A stretch of 64,000 bases of DNA from Tubulanus polymorphus (GCF_964204645.1 NC_134027.1:4372485-4436484), one strand, 5' to 3'. Counted from the first letter of the stretch, positions 12,601 to 38,525 are shown. Numbers and translations are program-made. The notes: generated by a model not told the origin, from the letters alone.

Positions 12601-15600
12601 TTCCGTGTACTCGCAGAAAGTCAACGGACGACAGTAAGCCCCGAGAGACCGCAAAATGTTGCCTCCAGTAAGAAATCGTTGACGAGATGTCGGTTAGTTT
12701 TACGTGCAGATGCACAGAGTTATCAAACCATGGACAAGAGAATAGAAGGGTGGTGCAAATTTAGATTCACCAAAGTGGCCTCACGTTGCATTTATAGGTG
12801 TGAATTTGGCTCAATTCAAAATGAATTTTGAACTGAAACGAACCGAGTCCTGTAATCTGTGTCCCTGGTCAAATACAAATGTATACGCCTTCAGGACAGC
12901 AGGCTACATCGTCTCATGAAATTTACGTATACAACGATAAGGTTCATCGAGAGAGAATTGCGTAGGTTTACTGAACAATAAAATCAGCGACCACAGCAAC
13001 AACGACAACCATTTATATGAATTCAATTACAGTTAGAATCTGAAAATTCATCGGATGCATTAACGACAGTTGTCATCGCAGGGCAGTCATCGAATTTATC
13101 TCCATACCAAACATTTTAAAAGTAATGATTTCCTCAACTGTGAAGAAGTGAAATAAATGTGCATTATCGCGCAAGTTGATCCTGCAACAAATTACTGGCT
13201 TTGACTCTGGCAAGCGAATGTAAGATAGATAAGTCTCGTTTTGTACGAATCATACAGAGTGGTTTAATAACCACCATAGATCGTCATCAATGTACCAATT
13301 ATCGCCTTATGATAGATAGCAAATATTCGAGGAAATTACATGACTATGACAAGCAGACAATAAACAATAACGAGAGCCCAACACGAAGCGAGTTCGCAAG
13401 GTTGGCGCTTCAGTTGTAGATGCACGGGCTCAAAGATCGTGGATTATATACTACACGATAGAGCTAGATACATAAATACATTTGATGCACTTTGAGATAA
13501 GGTTGATGCCTCGACATCGTCCCTTAGTTTGAAAAGAGTTATTCTAACAACACTGTTTCCATACGGGTTTATTGTGGAACCTTCGGATGGGATCAAAATA
13601 ATTTTTGAACCGCGAGAATAATGGAAATGTCGACGAAAACAGGTGATTAATGCCCCCTTTTAAAAAGACCAAGCTTTTATGGCCCATAAAATGAAAGGCC
13701 ACAAAATCCAACTAGCCCAAGCATGGCAACATAGCGCATACCAACTATACGACAATAAGCGAAGATCTCAATCGGGATTATGTTTTGGCCCCATGTCCTA
13801 TTGGAATGCGCCCATGCATTACAACACAAATGGATCCTTTTAATGAGAATCAATGGTTAAGTACAGCGGACAGGTAGATTCTAATTAATACGACAGATAT
13901 AGTCTTGCTATTAACGAATAGTCATGTGGTGACCAAAACCGCGTCGTCGCTTGCAGACGGATTACTTATTGTATATCATTGTGTACTTAATATTCATTCG
14001 TGTTTACTGAATTATTTAGAAATAGAACCAAAGTAGTAGCATTATTTTTCCGGGTTGAATGACGTTATTTTTCCTATATACTCGACACATATCAGAAATG
14101 ATATTTGAAAAAAAATTCATCAAAGGATATCTTTTCGTCAATATATCGAAGATCCATACGTCTTTGATGCCACGAAGAACGAAGGGGAAATAAATATTTA
14201 TTGCGATAGCGAAACAAGTAATTTTTTACCAATCAAGTTACACGCTAACGATGTTTTTGCTAAAGCCCTTCAAAACATGACGAGGCGTTCATACGCTAAT
14301 AAAACATACATACAGCCCGCCTGCGACCCCAATGTTGCTTATAATGATAGAAAATAGGCAAATTGTTTTGGCTGGCTTGAATAGCTGATAAATTATGTTG
14401 TTGTGAATGTATAATTGGAGCCGTAATTTTCCGGAATATAAAAGCTGCTGGTTCTGGGTGACCGATCAACAATGTACCGCTTTATTCAACAGGTTATCTT
14501 TGCGATGATACCCATCTATACGCTTGTACACGAATCTGTGGTATGTACGCGATGCATTACTTGTTCTAAAAGTGTACACGGACCCGAGGGGTGGATTGTC
14601 TAAACTCGGTCAACGAGTAAGCCGAAAATGAATGTCTCACCATAGATGACAATCGATCTACGCGATCTACGTGAGATTCGGAAAGAAAACGATGTATTGT
14701 GAACGCGGACAAAACGGGGTTGCAATAAAACAGGAAGTAGCTTGTTTAGTCATACACGACTTAAAACCGCAATATAAATATACCTTTGACTCGAAATTCA
14801 TTTTAGTTTGAATCATATCAGACTTTATGCAAGTCGCAAATGTTAGCTTTCGGCTAATGCCGCCATATGGAATTTACACCCATTTAGATGTCATCAGTAT
14901 GATTAATTTAATGTAGCATATTGTCTATTTCGTACTCGAAGACGATCGAAAATGTAACGACAGTTTTTTCTTTACGCCTTTTTAATCACGAATATTTCGT
15001 TTTCGACATTTTTGCGCTCCTTTACACGCGAAGCGCTAGAGACATCACGCGCGCGCCGTCCTCGATAACAAAATTTGAAATTTACATTTCCCATCAGATC
15101 AATGATGAATAATATCGATATTTCAAATGAAAATGCCTCTTCGTGCTTCAATTTTAATCAAAACCGGAATATCAATATTCGTCCGTTTCCCGCATGTATA
15201 TATTGACTGAAAAATGCGACGCACCAAAAGTTTAGAGATTATAATGTTAGCGTGGTATACATAGCCTTTACATACACATGAAATTGCGACAATATCTGAA
15301 ACGGGACACATAAATCTTATCTAAAACCCAACGGGTCTATAGGTGAACCACGTTATCGGGTTGTGTAAACTAGTTGAGGATAGCGCTACTAGTATATTTA
15401 GGCCACTGTCTGTATAGTTTTTGAGTGGAAAACCAAACACATGTGAATGAATTATACAAAACTCAAGACGCGTCCTATATTTTTAAAACTGTTGCCAATG
15501 TGGCATATCATTTTTCTTTAGTGCGTACCTCATCTAATACGTGTTCAATAGGTTGTGCATTTTTGACCATTTCTTCGCTGACTCCTGTGTCGGTTTTACA

Positions 15601-15996
15601 ATCCTCCTGTAATACAGTTTCGGACAAATCGTCCGCATGTGGTCGCACATAATGATGCTGAAGTGCTACTACCTAAAAATAACAGGAACATAAACAGAAA
15701 TTAATTTCCTATAGTAGCTATGAACTCAAAGAGTTTCTATTTAAAACTAATGGTCTTCACCATATTGGCAATAGATATCGAATTAATTGTTATCCAATCT
15801 CTACATCTTTTCGTAAAAATTGTTATTATTACCTAAACATATGGGAAAAAGATTTCAAAATATGTTTTACCTTATTATTCGTAACATCATATAACAAATA
15901 AACAAAAAGCACAACTTGTTCTTCATCAGCACCTAAATCCTCTCCATTTTTGCCGGCCGTTGTTAGAAATAACACAACGATGTACGAAGGGGACAT
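6617..15996 (-). CDS. ESRP1: ESRP1/2 / fusilli-like epithelial splicing regulatory protein, 5' part only (coding exons 15871-15996, 15529-15672, 6617-6842; gene continues past the left edge)
   Basis: The three exons splice in frame (GT-AG, phase 0) to [152 protein letters not shown]. This matches the ESRP N-terminal DnaQ-like domain (TAG..G..LG.DE; DG.LH.R..LHPEA..K; DLRKEFKK). No RRM exons were seen in the window. Invertebrates typically have a single ESRP1/2 co-ortholog. Confidence 0.9.
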
Positions 15997-16040
15997 ATTT
16001 TCCTTTAGCTTCCGCACACCGTTCGCTAATAAAGTTCCAA

Positions 16041-16070
16041 CTATACTGAAGCCGTGTGCGGTCTAGCCAT
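16041..16070 (-). promoter_or_regulatory. Candidate uORF (MARPHTASV*) upstream of the ESRP start codon
   Basis: AAAACTATGG context (A at -3, G at +4); TAG ends 44 nt before the main ATG at 15996. The TSS is unknown. Confidence 0.4.
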
Positions 16071-16599
16071 AGTTTTGAAACATGTGGTTGCTTCACGGAT
16101 GGCGTATCTTATGTTTGAAATCGCTCTCGGATTGGTGGAAAGCCGTTCACAACGTGGCTGCCGATGAATACTACTATGCGCGCGCACGCGTTTGTTGACA
16201 CGCGGGCAATGCGTACTACACGATCAGGAGCTAGGATCAGTTCGTAGTATGACACTAATTTCTTAAGAGCTGTATTGTTCTACGGGTCCACGACGTTTGA
16301 TTTAGTGTGTAGTAATTGCATAGCTAAAACCTGCTAATCAGAGGGACTTGTCCGTCCATAGGTTTCCATCATATAGCCGCATATAAACGTAGATTGGGGC
16401 AGTCAACAGGTTGGTAGCAGAGCTGCGGCCTAACGGTAAACAGTTGAATTAAAATGCCTTTGCTAAAGATTCTTGCTTTCGTATGTGGCAATCGTACATT
16501 GTTTTTTGTAGCTGATTTATGACGAAAATATAAATGCATCCTCAAAATACGATTGTTTCATAGATATATAGTTAAAAGAAGAAAATTAATATTACATGT

Positions 16600-16760
16600 G
16601 TTTGGACATATGAGCCGGAATTATGAGCCTTCACCCCACTACTTCAGCTAGCTGAGGACCGTTCTGAGTGGAAGCAAGCTGTGCGGAGGACTGTGTCGCA
16701 TTGACGGCTTGCCAGTTAAGACAAATGATCATGATCATGATGATGACGAGGATGGTGATG
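16600..16760 (+). mobile_element. 5'-truncated RTE-like non-LTR retrotransposon 3' end with (TGA)n-type tail
   Basis: Translates to ...FTPLLQLAEDRSEWKQAVRRTVSH*, resembling the RTE ORF C-terminal 'A.DR..WR' motif. A short UTR and a degenerate TGATCATGATCATGATGATGA tail follow. Confidence 0.55.
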
Positions 16761-19379
16761 AAAATCAACGTGAAAATTAAAAAAAACCTTTCCATTGTTT
16801 CTTTGTGTTATTCATTGATTCGGCGGAATTTTACACCACGTAAAACCAATCCGACGATTTTACACCGCGTGCAAAAAGAAGATATATGTATAAACACTTA
16901 TCTAATGAACCAAAATTTTAGATCAAGTTTGAACATTTTGCGAGATTAGTAATATAAAGCGGGGTTATGCGGTATATATCTATATTTTTCGTCAGTACCT
17001 GAACGATGATAAACAGCTGCTGAAAAGAATTAAACTGTGAGAATTTGAACTCCTGTCCGCGTCGCATAGAACCACTTGTAGATAACGCGTGAACGTCATG
17101 TGGCGAATGTACCACTACTCATCGTAACAAATCATAAAACATACCTAAACCTATACTAAAACAGCCAGTGATGGCGAATTTACGGATATTTATACGAAAA
17201 TACAAGAACATAAATTATTCTATCACAAAATAAACGCCTTAATTCACAATTCTATTTGTTATTTTGAAACGCCAATATTGATGACGTAGTGCACATCGAC
17301 GCAGAACCCCTCAACGCATACATACGTATCAATGTATATCAACATTATTGTAACGATGTTTACGGCGTCAAAGATACCGCGTTTGGGAGGTTGTGCTCAG
17401 CAAAACCTTTGACATTCTTTTCATGGGATACCCACTTCGTATTTCTACTTTTCAATAAGGTTTGACTAGGGTTTGTGAGCCATTTGCAAATGTGTCCTAA
17501 AAATTAAGGAGAAACAAAATCACCGCAAAATCATTGATTCACTGCCATACACAAATATTACGTCTAGGCAACCTTTCAGTCGGAGTCCGGCTGTCGCCCT
17601 TTGCAAATGAAAAGGTTAATCTTACAACGATCCGGGTGCGTCATATGGACCTATACGTATTTCGATCATTTTGACAATGACGCGTGCAGTGTTCGGCCCG
17701 CAACAGCTGTGGATGGAAACAAAACCAGACGCTGGATCTATTATCATGTCGCGCGTATGATATCTCATTCTTATCTCCACAGAGCCTCTATATTTGATGA
17801 TTAATTTTTCAATACCGTAATTCGTCGTTTTTTAACGTAGCTCTACGTAGTTTTTAAGCGTTTTAGTGAACATTATTACATTATGTGACGGCATCATCGA
17901 CAAGATGAATCGGCAGACATACAGCAATTTGATTTCCAATTGTATTTTAAGCTGAGCCAATTCCACAAATTATAAAAACGTATCTAAATTGGTGTAATTC
18001 TGGTTTTTGATCCCAGTTATAAATGGTACTTGATCTCACAATGGAAAGATAAAAACAAACATAGACTCAGAGTCCATGATACAAATCATCGGAAAATGGA
18101 TCAGACTTTCTGAATGTGGCCTCTTCATATCTTACCATCTTTAGACATAGGGAAATTCGTGTAGTCGTGGAAGTATGTATATCTTATTCATGGAAAAACT
18201 CGAGCAAACTTCCTACGAATATAATATCATGAACGATCTGATAAACAAGTCTCTGTAATTTCATAAGAGTAAAACTAGAAATGTGATAACTGTATTTGTA
18301 GGGTTGCTTTGCGTGTTGTGTTTATCAGCTGTGCAGCTGTACAGAGTCCCACTAACAGGTGCACATACGTCTACATATATTGGCTTTTGTCACCTAAAAG
18401 ATCTGTCCCATTCCCAAAGCGTCATTTGGGCCTAGCGTCGCTTAAGCATACTTGTGCTTTGTGATGTATTCATTGTTTTGTAACAGCTGATCACCGCGTT
18501 CAAACAAACTTGGTTCGGCCCGCATGTTGCTCGATCGAAGGGTGTGTTTTGACTTTGTTCTATGCGTCAGCAGTCCGTGAAAACAAACCCACTAGGTTTG
18601 GCCATCACCTCCAGTGTGGTCTATCCTTATGTCTATCTGCACCCATTACTGTTCACAGTTTACCAGAACGTCTATTCTGATACCAAAAGGTACTGTATTT
18701 AGTGCCAGAAATACTGGGGGAATTTGGAGTGAAGATTTTTCCTTGAATATTGCGTCCATGTATGTGTCCCATGAATCATGAGACATGTCATCATCTGATC
18801 TCATGATTAGTGCGAAGAGGCAGCGCAATATCCTACCCCTGGATTTAAGGATTACCCGCAAAACGACTCGCAGATTCTGACACGCATTAAGATCTACATA
18901 TCCAGTGTCACTCGAGGTCGTCAGGTGTGGTGTAAAAAGCACATATTCATATACATATACATATAAATATACATATATGCCGATATCCGATATGCCGTCA
19001 TTGGCAATGAACGATGTACGTATAGCCTAACTGGAATAACATATTATTACATGGTCTTTATGTTTAATCCTACGTGATGTAATGAATCTTCAAACAAACT
19101 ACTCGATTTTATTACATTTATAATAAAGCAACGACTGACAGTCCGATCATCGCGCGATTAATCTGCTGATTAATAATCGAGAAATATCGCAGTACCCGGA
19201 GAGAACATAGAAACGAACGCCTTGGCGCAGATCTATTAATCAAAACGATTTGGAACATGGCAAAGGGACGAGTTTTCGATGGATGAAAATGAGGCGAATT
19301 TTCTTTGATGATCTTCCCCGTTTCGACATAATATTGAGAGTTTAAAGAACAGAAGAAAATTCCGGAATTACCGAACCTG

Positions 19380-19517
19380 GGGCCAGTTGCACAGTCATGG
19401 CTTAAGTCCAAAAGTGGTCTTAAATCATAAGACCGGTCTTTAATTGTTAGATTTGCTATAGAAATAAGTTGGTCTTAGACTAGTCTTAAGTCTAAGCCAT
19501 GACTATGCAACCAGCCC
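19380..19517. mobile_element. MITE, PIF/Harbinger-like, 138 bp
   Basis: Terminal inverted repeats GGGCCAGTTGCACAGTCATGGCTTA / TAAGCCATGACTATGCAACCAGCCC (25 bp, 3 mismatches), flanked by a 3-bp CTG direct repeat (19377-19379 and 19518-19520). No ORF. Confidence 0.8.
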
Positions 19518-20337
19518 CTGAATATACGCTGGCCGACTAGAGTTGCTCTGCTGTTATAAACCGCCGAGATGATTTAGCACGCGATCAAATTTGACCCGTG
19601 CTTAATTTCCACTTGAACTATCAAAACTAATATAATAACATCGTAAACCGCGCACAGCTACTGCAAGCACAATGATGTTGTGGCAAGCGGGGTGAGTGAC
19701 TCCCGGACTCCCGGAATTTGGCACCGGCCTGGTCAGGAGTTTTTGGTCGGGCAAAATTTGGCCCGTGTCAAACCTTGGAGTTAATCAGTCTGATTACTCC
19801 AAAGTCAAATAGAGACGGACCCATGTGGTACCAGAGTGGATACGCTTTGTGTGATGGCAGCTATTAGTACAAGATAAAATCATCCCGCTCCACCCACCGC
19901 CCACCCCCAAGAAATTATTTTTTCACCCGATCGAGTAAATTTCGATTGAATGAAATATTACATTTTACATCATGCCCATTGATATTCAGCACCCAAAACC
20001 GGGCGAAAGATAAGGCTAATAAAATCTGATTTGACTTTCATCTACATGCTTCGGAATAATTTCCAAAAGCTGCACATTCACGGCACGTAATTCTACGGCT
20101 AAAAATCGTTGATGATTTGGGCAAAAATGATAAGCACGGATGGATACGAACCAGCATATCCACTTTTATTCATCCTAGCACAACCCAGTAAACAAGATAG
20201 CGTTTTATTGACGACCAAACTGTCATATCGAAGTAGAAATAAGGTTGTTTAAGTAATGATGAGACAACGAACAAGATATCAAATTTTTGTTTTAAGGTTG
20301 AATGTGATCTTTTTCTCAAACAAGAGTGTTGTGAATC

Positions 20338-20598
20338 GTAGATCCGATTGGAGTGTGCAGGGGGTGCGCACCCTCCCTAAAAATGTCAACTTACCTTGAT
20401 ATTTTCCGGGAGAAGAAAAATATCAAACTGATAACTAAAAAAGTTTAAATTCATAAGAACTGTAATTCTATGAATGTTGATAATGTTTTCCGTGGAGCTT
20501 TCTTTCGTGGTGCCATTTTGATTGTGTTATGATATATAAGCCTTATGCCCTATTTTGGGGGTGCACCCCTCCCTGAATCAAACCCTAGACCCACCCCT
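20338..20598. mobile_element. Possible degenerate MITE
   Basis: GC-rich ends (GTAGATCCGA...GGGGGTGCGCACCCTCCCT and GGGGGTGCACCCCTCCCT...CTAGACCCACCCCT) around an AT-rich core, with an internal near-direct repeat. The TIRs are poorly preserved. Confidence 0.3.
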
Positions 20599-21421
20599 TT
20601 TTCCACATTGATTCCACAGTTACCTCAACAATATTGATTCCACGTTGACTCATCAATACTGATAACAGCGTTATATTTTTTAGATTTTGAAACGAGATAT
20701 ATCTTATTCAAAATGTAAGGCAAGAAATGTAGTCGCCTATAATTGAATTTGTGAATGAAACTTAATTGAAACAGGTTTGTCACATGTGAGATGTATATAT
20801 GTAATATGTATTGTCAACCGAGCGATAGTTCGATTTATTCAACGGGATTTAAATCCACACCTGCTGCACGAGTCCTAAATCCGCATGTATAATTTGTCTC
20901 CTCCCATAGTTGAGTAATAATCGCAGCTGTGCAGAACTTCACTCACTTTCATATATTCCAGTACAATTGATTATTAAAACTCGAGCAACACGAAAGCGTC
21001 GTCCGAGAAGCATCTATTGTGATACCCGGTATCGTAAATATTTAACAAACACGTGCATACGAGAGAAAGACCGATAATCAAATCGGAACTAGATTTTCAT
21101 TTACTTATTGATCGATTGATCATAGAAAAAGCAAAAATAAATCAAATCCCGACGAGAAACTGCTTTATCGACTATCCATAGAAATGAACACATTACCACG
21201 CGGAACAGTCGATGGAGAGAAACATGAAAACCTACTAAGCATTCCGTGTAACGACTAATAAACAAGAAACAACGAAAGAATTAAACGACTTCGGAGCACA
21301 CCACACAATTCATTAAACAAACAACTATCACTTTGATCCAATAATTTATTTTCGCCAGGGTAATTTACAAATAACTCGATTCTTTAAATTCATAAGATAA
21401 AGTACGAGTGCGTATTCAATT

Positions 21422-24400
21422 TTATTCAATTCGTAAATGTCTCATGGACGCGATGGCGCTAGTCAGTCTCAACGGCATTTTTTCGGCTTCTTCCGAATAT
21501 TCCTCACCGGGAACCTTCAATAATGTGGCGACGTTTTTCATCATTTCTGATGGATGAAGATCCAAGTCTTCCAGCACATTACATAGATAATCTGTGACGA
21601 TATGAATAATTGAAAAGAACATATCAGTGCGTATATACGGGGACTTACGGACGGTATGTACGTGTATTATTAAGTACATGAATATCGAAAATTAACAATA
21701 CAGACACTAAACAGCTGGTTGATACTATCAGAAATGGATAAGGGCTGTGTGAAGATTTTTTGATAAGCAAAAGCATATTCTAAAATGATTTTATCGCTTT
21801 TATGATGATATGAATGACTCTTACCAATATCAGTAATCAGTTGTTTTGTAGCGTGCGCCGAAAGATCGTGTATTTTCAGAATTTCTTCGCAGTACGTATG
21901 CATTGTACCTCGGGCGATCGATTCTAGCCATAGATCAGCAATATGATCCGGTAGTTCAGCTGTAAAAAAAAAATACAAAATTCAAAATACACTCAGAAAC
22001 ACTATACATGATAACAACATGTCATTCAATTTTGCTCTACTTCAAATAATTAATTATCGTCAGTGTACATACCACTCTCATCGGTGAAAGGTAATCTTCC
22101 ATGTTTTAGGGCAACTATAATGGCAGGGTTGTGTTCCATCGTAAATGGCTCTAACTGTTGCGGTAATGTCAATAGATACTGACCAATCTGTCAAAACATG
22201 AAAGGGAGTGGAATATTAGAACATATGAATTCTTCGAATATTGACAATAAAGAAAATGAAGTAAACAGCATGAATACAGCTTCAATGCCTACTGACCTTT
22301 GTAATATATTCCTGGGGAGACAAACTGAAAGTTGGTAAGTCTGACAGTAAAGCACTGGTACCAGTTTGAGACGTCCAGTTCTATAAGTAATTCAATTACC
22401 GTAAGAATAGCCATGTTTTTCATCAATTAAAATTTGCTTTTCAGTGAAAAGTCGTTTCAGTGTAGTTACCTCCATATTCGAGACGTTTGATAAATGTTTC
22501 TTCAATTGGGCAAAAACAATATCAAAAGCGAATTTGTGCACCTCTTGACTCAGTTTACACATGTCTTTTTTCACGGTAGGCAAAACGGATGGAGTGTCTC
22601 CTAAAACAAACGTTTTCAAATATAAATAACAACATTCTTGAAAGACTTCAGGAACAAGAAAATATAAATCAAAACGTATTAATTGCAAAATAGAAATAAA
22701 TCTAAAGCCACACAAATTGAACTATATTTTGGATATTGATTGAAAAAGATGTCTGGATTCGTAGCTTTTACAAAATGTATGCTTTGACAAACCTTCTTCT
22801 AATTTCGTCAGCAGGTGATCAACAGCTGCCTGATCGTCTTTACTTTCTAACAAGAGACACTTATAATCATGGAATGGATTGATTTTCGATCTGAAATTAC
22901 AGATTTTGGCAGCACTTTAGTGAATGGAGTTCGTGCATAAATCGAACAAGCTGTGTACTTAGGAGCTAAACACAGCCGAGTACTTCAAGTATTTTAGAGA
23001 ACTGGAAACCCTGTATGGATCGGTTTATTTTCAGTTTTACAGCGCTCGTTTTTGCTCACCTTTGCGTAGGTTTATGAGAGGGAGATGATGTGGGCTGATA
23101 ATGTTTACCGATGCTATTCATTATGTCGCTGATGACAGTCTGATCAAACTCTTCAATACGCAGAAGCAAATCACCTGTCATGAAATCAAACAAAACTCGT
23201 CCATCAGTTGATATTCTAATTCTAGCTTTAAATAATCTTTTTTTTTCATACATAGACAGAACAGGTTGGCTGTGTCTGCTCGAAATAACCCATTATAATA
23301 AATGCAGCTTTTAAAGCTTAATCCAGCAACAAAGTACCAGATGATGAACATAGCTGATGAATTAAAAACTCTATCGAAATTATAATTCCCTAATGGATCA
23401 TTCAAATAGCTTTCAGATATCCTACATAAACCGGAATTTAAAAATCTAGATCCATCACCAGATACAGGTGTAAATGACACATCTAAACTCACCACATGTT
23501 TGAATCAAACGCAGGGAATGTTGAAACAACGACCAATCTTCCTCCTCGCTAGCGCTGTCTAATTTACATTTCTCACGCAGATTCACCAGCACTCTGCGAA
23601 ATTCTTTCAAGTATTTTTTGAAATATGACTGCAAAGATAAGATCATCGCAATGAGCAGAAACTAGATTTACACGAATGATGATTGTGCGTATTCGATACT
23701 CACTTCAAGTGCCTGCAGACAATCGGGATATCCACAACCATTTGTAAATTCAACACAACGAGAACTGGCCTGAAATAAACCCGTAATTAGATAAAAATTG
23801 GGCGAATGAAAAATATGAAATACATCAGATGAATTGCCGCGCAACGTACAGTAGAGGCCACAGAGAAAACCTTGCTAACAGACTCTCCAAGCAGTCGAAC
23901 ATTGTCAATGATTTCACTAGTGTCCTGAAAATACATACCAGATATTCTATATTGATGATATGAGGTTAAACATTGGTGTTAAAGAGAATTACAAATGATT
24001 ATTCACCAGTCTAATATTGTCCAGTTCTTCGCTGAGAAACTTGTCTTCAAAAGCACCATATTTATTAACGTAACGCTGATAAGGACTGAAGATTGTAATG
24101 ACTAGCTTTTCGATGTATAATTCTTGTAAACTTCCTAATAAACGAATAGACAGTTCATGTGATAAGGCATTGATGAAATCAACACAATATAGGCCTATAT
24201 ACGTTCTAAAATGAAATTTTTAATAAAGTTGTATCAATGCATTCCTTTACCATTTGTGTACGACTCCAAAGCCACTTCCATACTCTTCGCAAAGCGATCA
24301 GTTATCTAAACATAAAATACTTTCACGTCAAGATACAGATATGTCTTCGTATGCCGGCGCACTAGTAGATTTATCTACAATATTACCTGTTTGAGATCAA

Positions 24401-26176
24401 TTAAAACTGTTAAACTGTCTGGTTTCTCTTGAAGAAGAGATACTATACAGTGTTGAGGAGATGGGTCCATACTTGTTAAGGTTTCTCTCAATAAATCGCA
24501 CACAATTTCAACTGGTTGTCTGAATACCTGCGAGCACCACTTTATCTAAAATACATCCACAAAAAATATGTCATATTCTACTAAAGGACTATCAATAACA
24601 AGCCCACCGAGGTCTTACCTGATTGTGCCAAGAAGACAGTAACAAATCATAAAATTCTGGCAACCATTCAGTGATTGCATCATCGCTATTCGTTTCAATA
24701 ATTGACTTCCACGACTGCAGCAATTGATTCTAGAATATCCAAAATCAGCAAAAAAAGATTAATGAGAAGTAGCCAGATATTTCCAGGGCGACAATGCAAC
24801 TATGACAGAACAAACCTTATGACACTTATGATAGTATTTATAAAGCTGTGGTAAACGGTTGATATCTGTGAAAGTTTTCACATAAACTTGTGCTGCCTCT
24901 GAAGTAATACAAATATTGTTTGTACAGCATAGATTTGGGGAGCTCAGAAATGAAGACAGTGATTACTAACCGAGTGAATGAGCATTAAACGCAGCAACAA
25001 TCTGTGTACTGAGCATTGCTTCTAAACGATTTTTAAGATCTTCAAGATGCTGCACACGTTCTGTGTAATCCGGAACATCTACCAACATTTGCTGCAATAA
25101 GAAATACCTTATTACATGACAATATATGAAAAATATGAAGAAAGTCATAAATTATTATCCATAATTTTCATATCCAAGAAATATCATTTCTAGTTTACTT
25201 ACTAGACTTTGCTGCATTCCAACAAGTTTGGCAGATATCTGAATAAATTCATAAGAGAAAATGAAACATTTATCTGCACATTTTTTCATGAGGTAATCAA
25301 TTCTTTTTACTTACAGATTTGATGTCTTGCGACTCGAAAACTTCTTCAACATCAGCAGAAAGAGTGGTCCAATTATCAGCTTCCTACAAAATGAATGAAT
25401 GAATTAGGACATACGAATCATGCTAAATTCATGTATGATGACACTAGGCTAAGAATCCTCGGCACAAACCTGAAGTGCATCAGAAGCTGCTTTCATTTTG
25501 GTTTTGATATTATCCAGCCTGAGTAAAGTTTGCATTGAGTACGCTGTATCAATCTCAACCTAGAATGATAAGAAAATTTGTTTGAATTTTTTGTAAACCA
25601 GTAGTTGATTTTTAGACACAGATGACAGCTAACTAATAAATCATGCAAACCTTTTCAATATCTTCTTTGACCATTCTCATTTGATCTTGTAGTAAAGCCG
25701 ATTCCTGTCGAACTGCTTCGACATCTCTCATCACTCGTGGTAGATTCTGAATGGCTTGTTGACTGGCATCTTCTATCATGTTGTTCACCTCCTAGAGAAT
25801 ACCACAAAAACACTATTACCCATACACTAGAAACACATTATGAAACCAAATGAATTCAGTGAAGAAAATACCTGAATGAACATTTGAAGTTTCATAACCA
25901 GAGTAGTTGCATATTGCTGAAAAAAAGAAATCATCCCAAATTATTGAATAGCATATTCAATTCGATAACAATAATACACAGATTAGTGTCACAATCTCAC
26001 ATCTTTACTCGTGTTTCCTGGTGCATTTTTAAATGCATTATTAACCCAGTCTTTGACATCAAAGTTTTCATCTTGAAATTTTGAATAATCCTGTAAATTA
26101 TGAAAACAACTGAATCATCACACTGGTTTTCGAGGTTTCAAGGACATTAATCAAGATCATTTGAAATGTTTACCAT
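21422..26176 (-). CDS. COG7: Conserved oligomeric Golgi complex subunit 7 (about 23 coding exons; first coding exon is only ATG, 26174-26176)
   Basis: Spliced M|[20 protein letters not shown]...|[15 protein letters not shown]|[30 protein letters not shown]...|[16 protein letters not shown]...[13 protein letters not shown]...[14 protein letters not shown]|[15 protein letters not shown]...KQLITDI|[12 protein letters not shown]; these are characteristic COG7 motifs. TAA at 21422-21424. Confidence 0.95.
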
Positions 26177-26457
26177 CACAATATTAAATATTTGCTTCTG
26201 GTTGAGGCTTATTATTCATCAGTGGGTGAAATTTTGACATAAATCGGAATATATATTTCATTGACGTGGATTTTTGACAGATCTGGCTCAACGACCTTGC
26301 GAAAATAAAGAAATCGGACTGGAGAACGGACCTGAACGTGAATTCGATCCGCTCAGAGTCCCATCCAGCCGATTAAAACCGAATCCGTGTTTTACGCTTG
26401 ATTACTGGGGACTTTTACTAGATGGCGCCCTATTACGGTCGATGACAACCTGCCATC
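26177..26457. promoter_or_regulatory. Compact bidirectional promoter region, COG7/QARS1
   Basis: Only 281 bp separate the divergent start codons. The region contains TTTACTAGATGGCGCCC (26414-26430), a CTCF- or YY1-like motif. Confidence 0.65.

Positions 26458-38525
<12,068 letters not shown>

Noticed and set aside
14121-14130. ATATCCTTTG (AT-AC U12 donor-like) on the minus strand in ESRP intron 2
   Set aside because: No upstream exon or acceptor fits, and exons 2 and 3 already join in frame by GT-AG.
15997-16017. GTG-initiated N-terminal extension of ESRP shown in the ORF track
   Set aside because: Artefact of allowing GTG starts; the ATG at 15996 fits the homologous N-terminus.
2447-16412. 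Grainyhead-type AACC/AG/TGTT-like sites around ESRP (e.g. near 2447, 5586, 11529, 14488, 16405)
   Set aside because: Attractive because ESRP1 is a GRHL target in vertebrates, but similar 8-mers also occur in COG7, KATNB1 and elsewhere, so no enrichment is evident.
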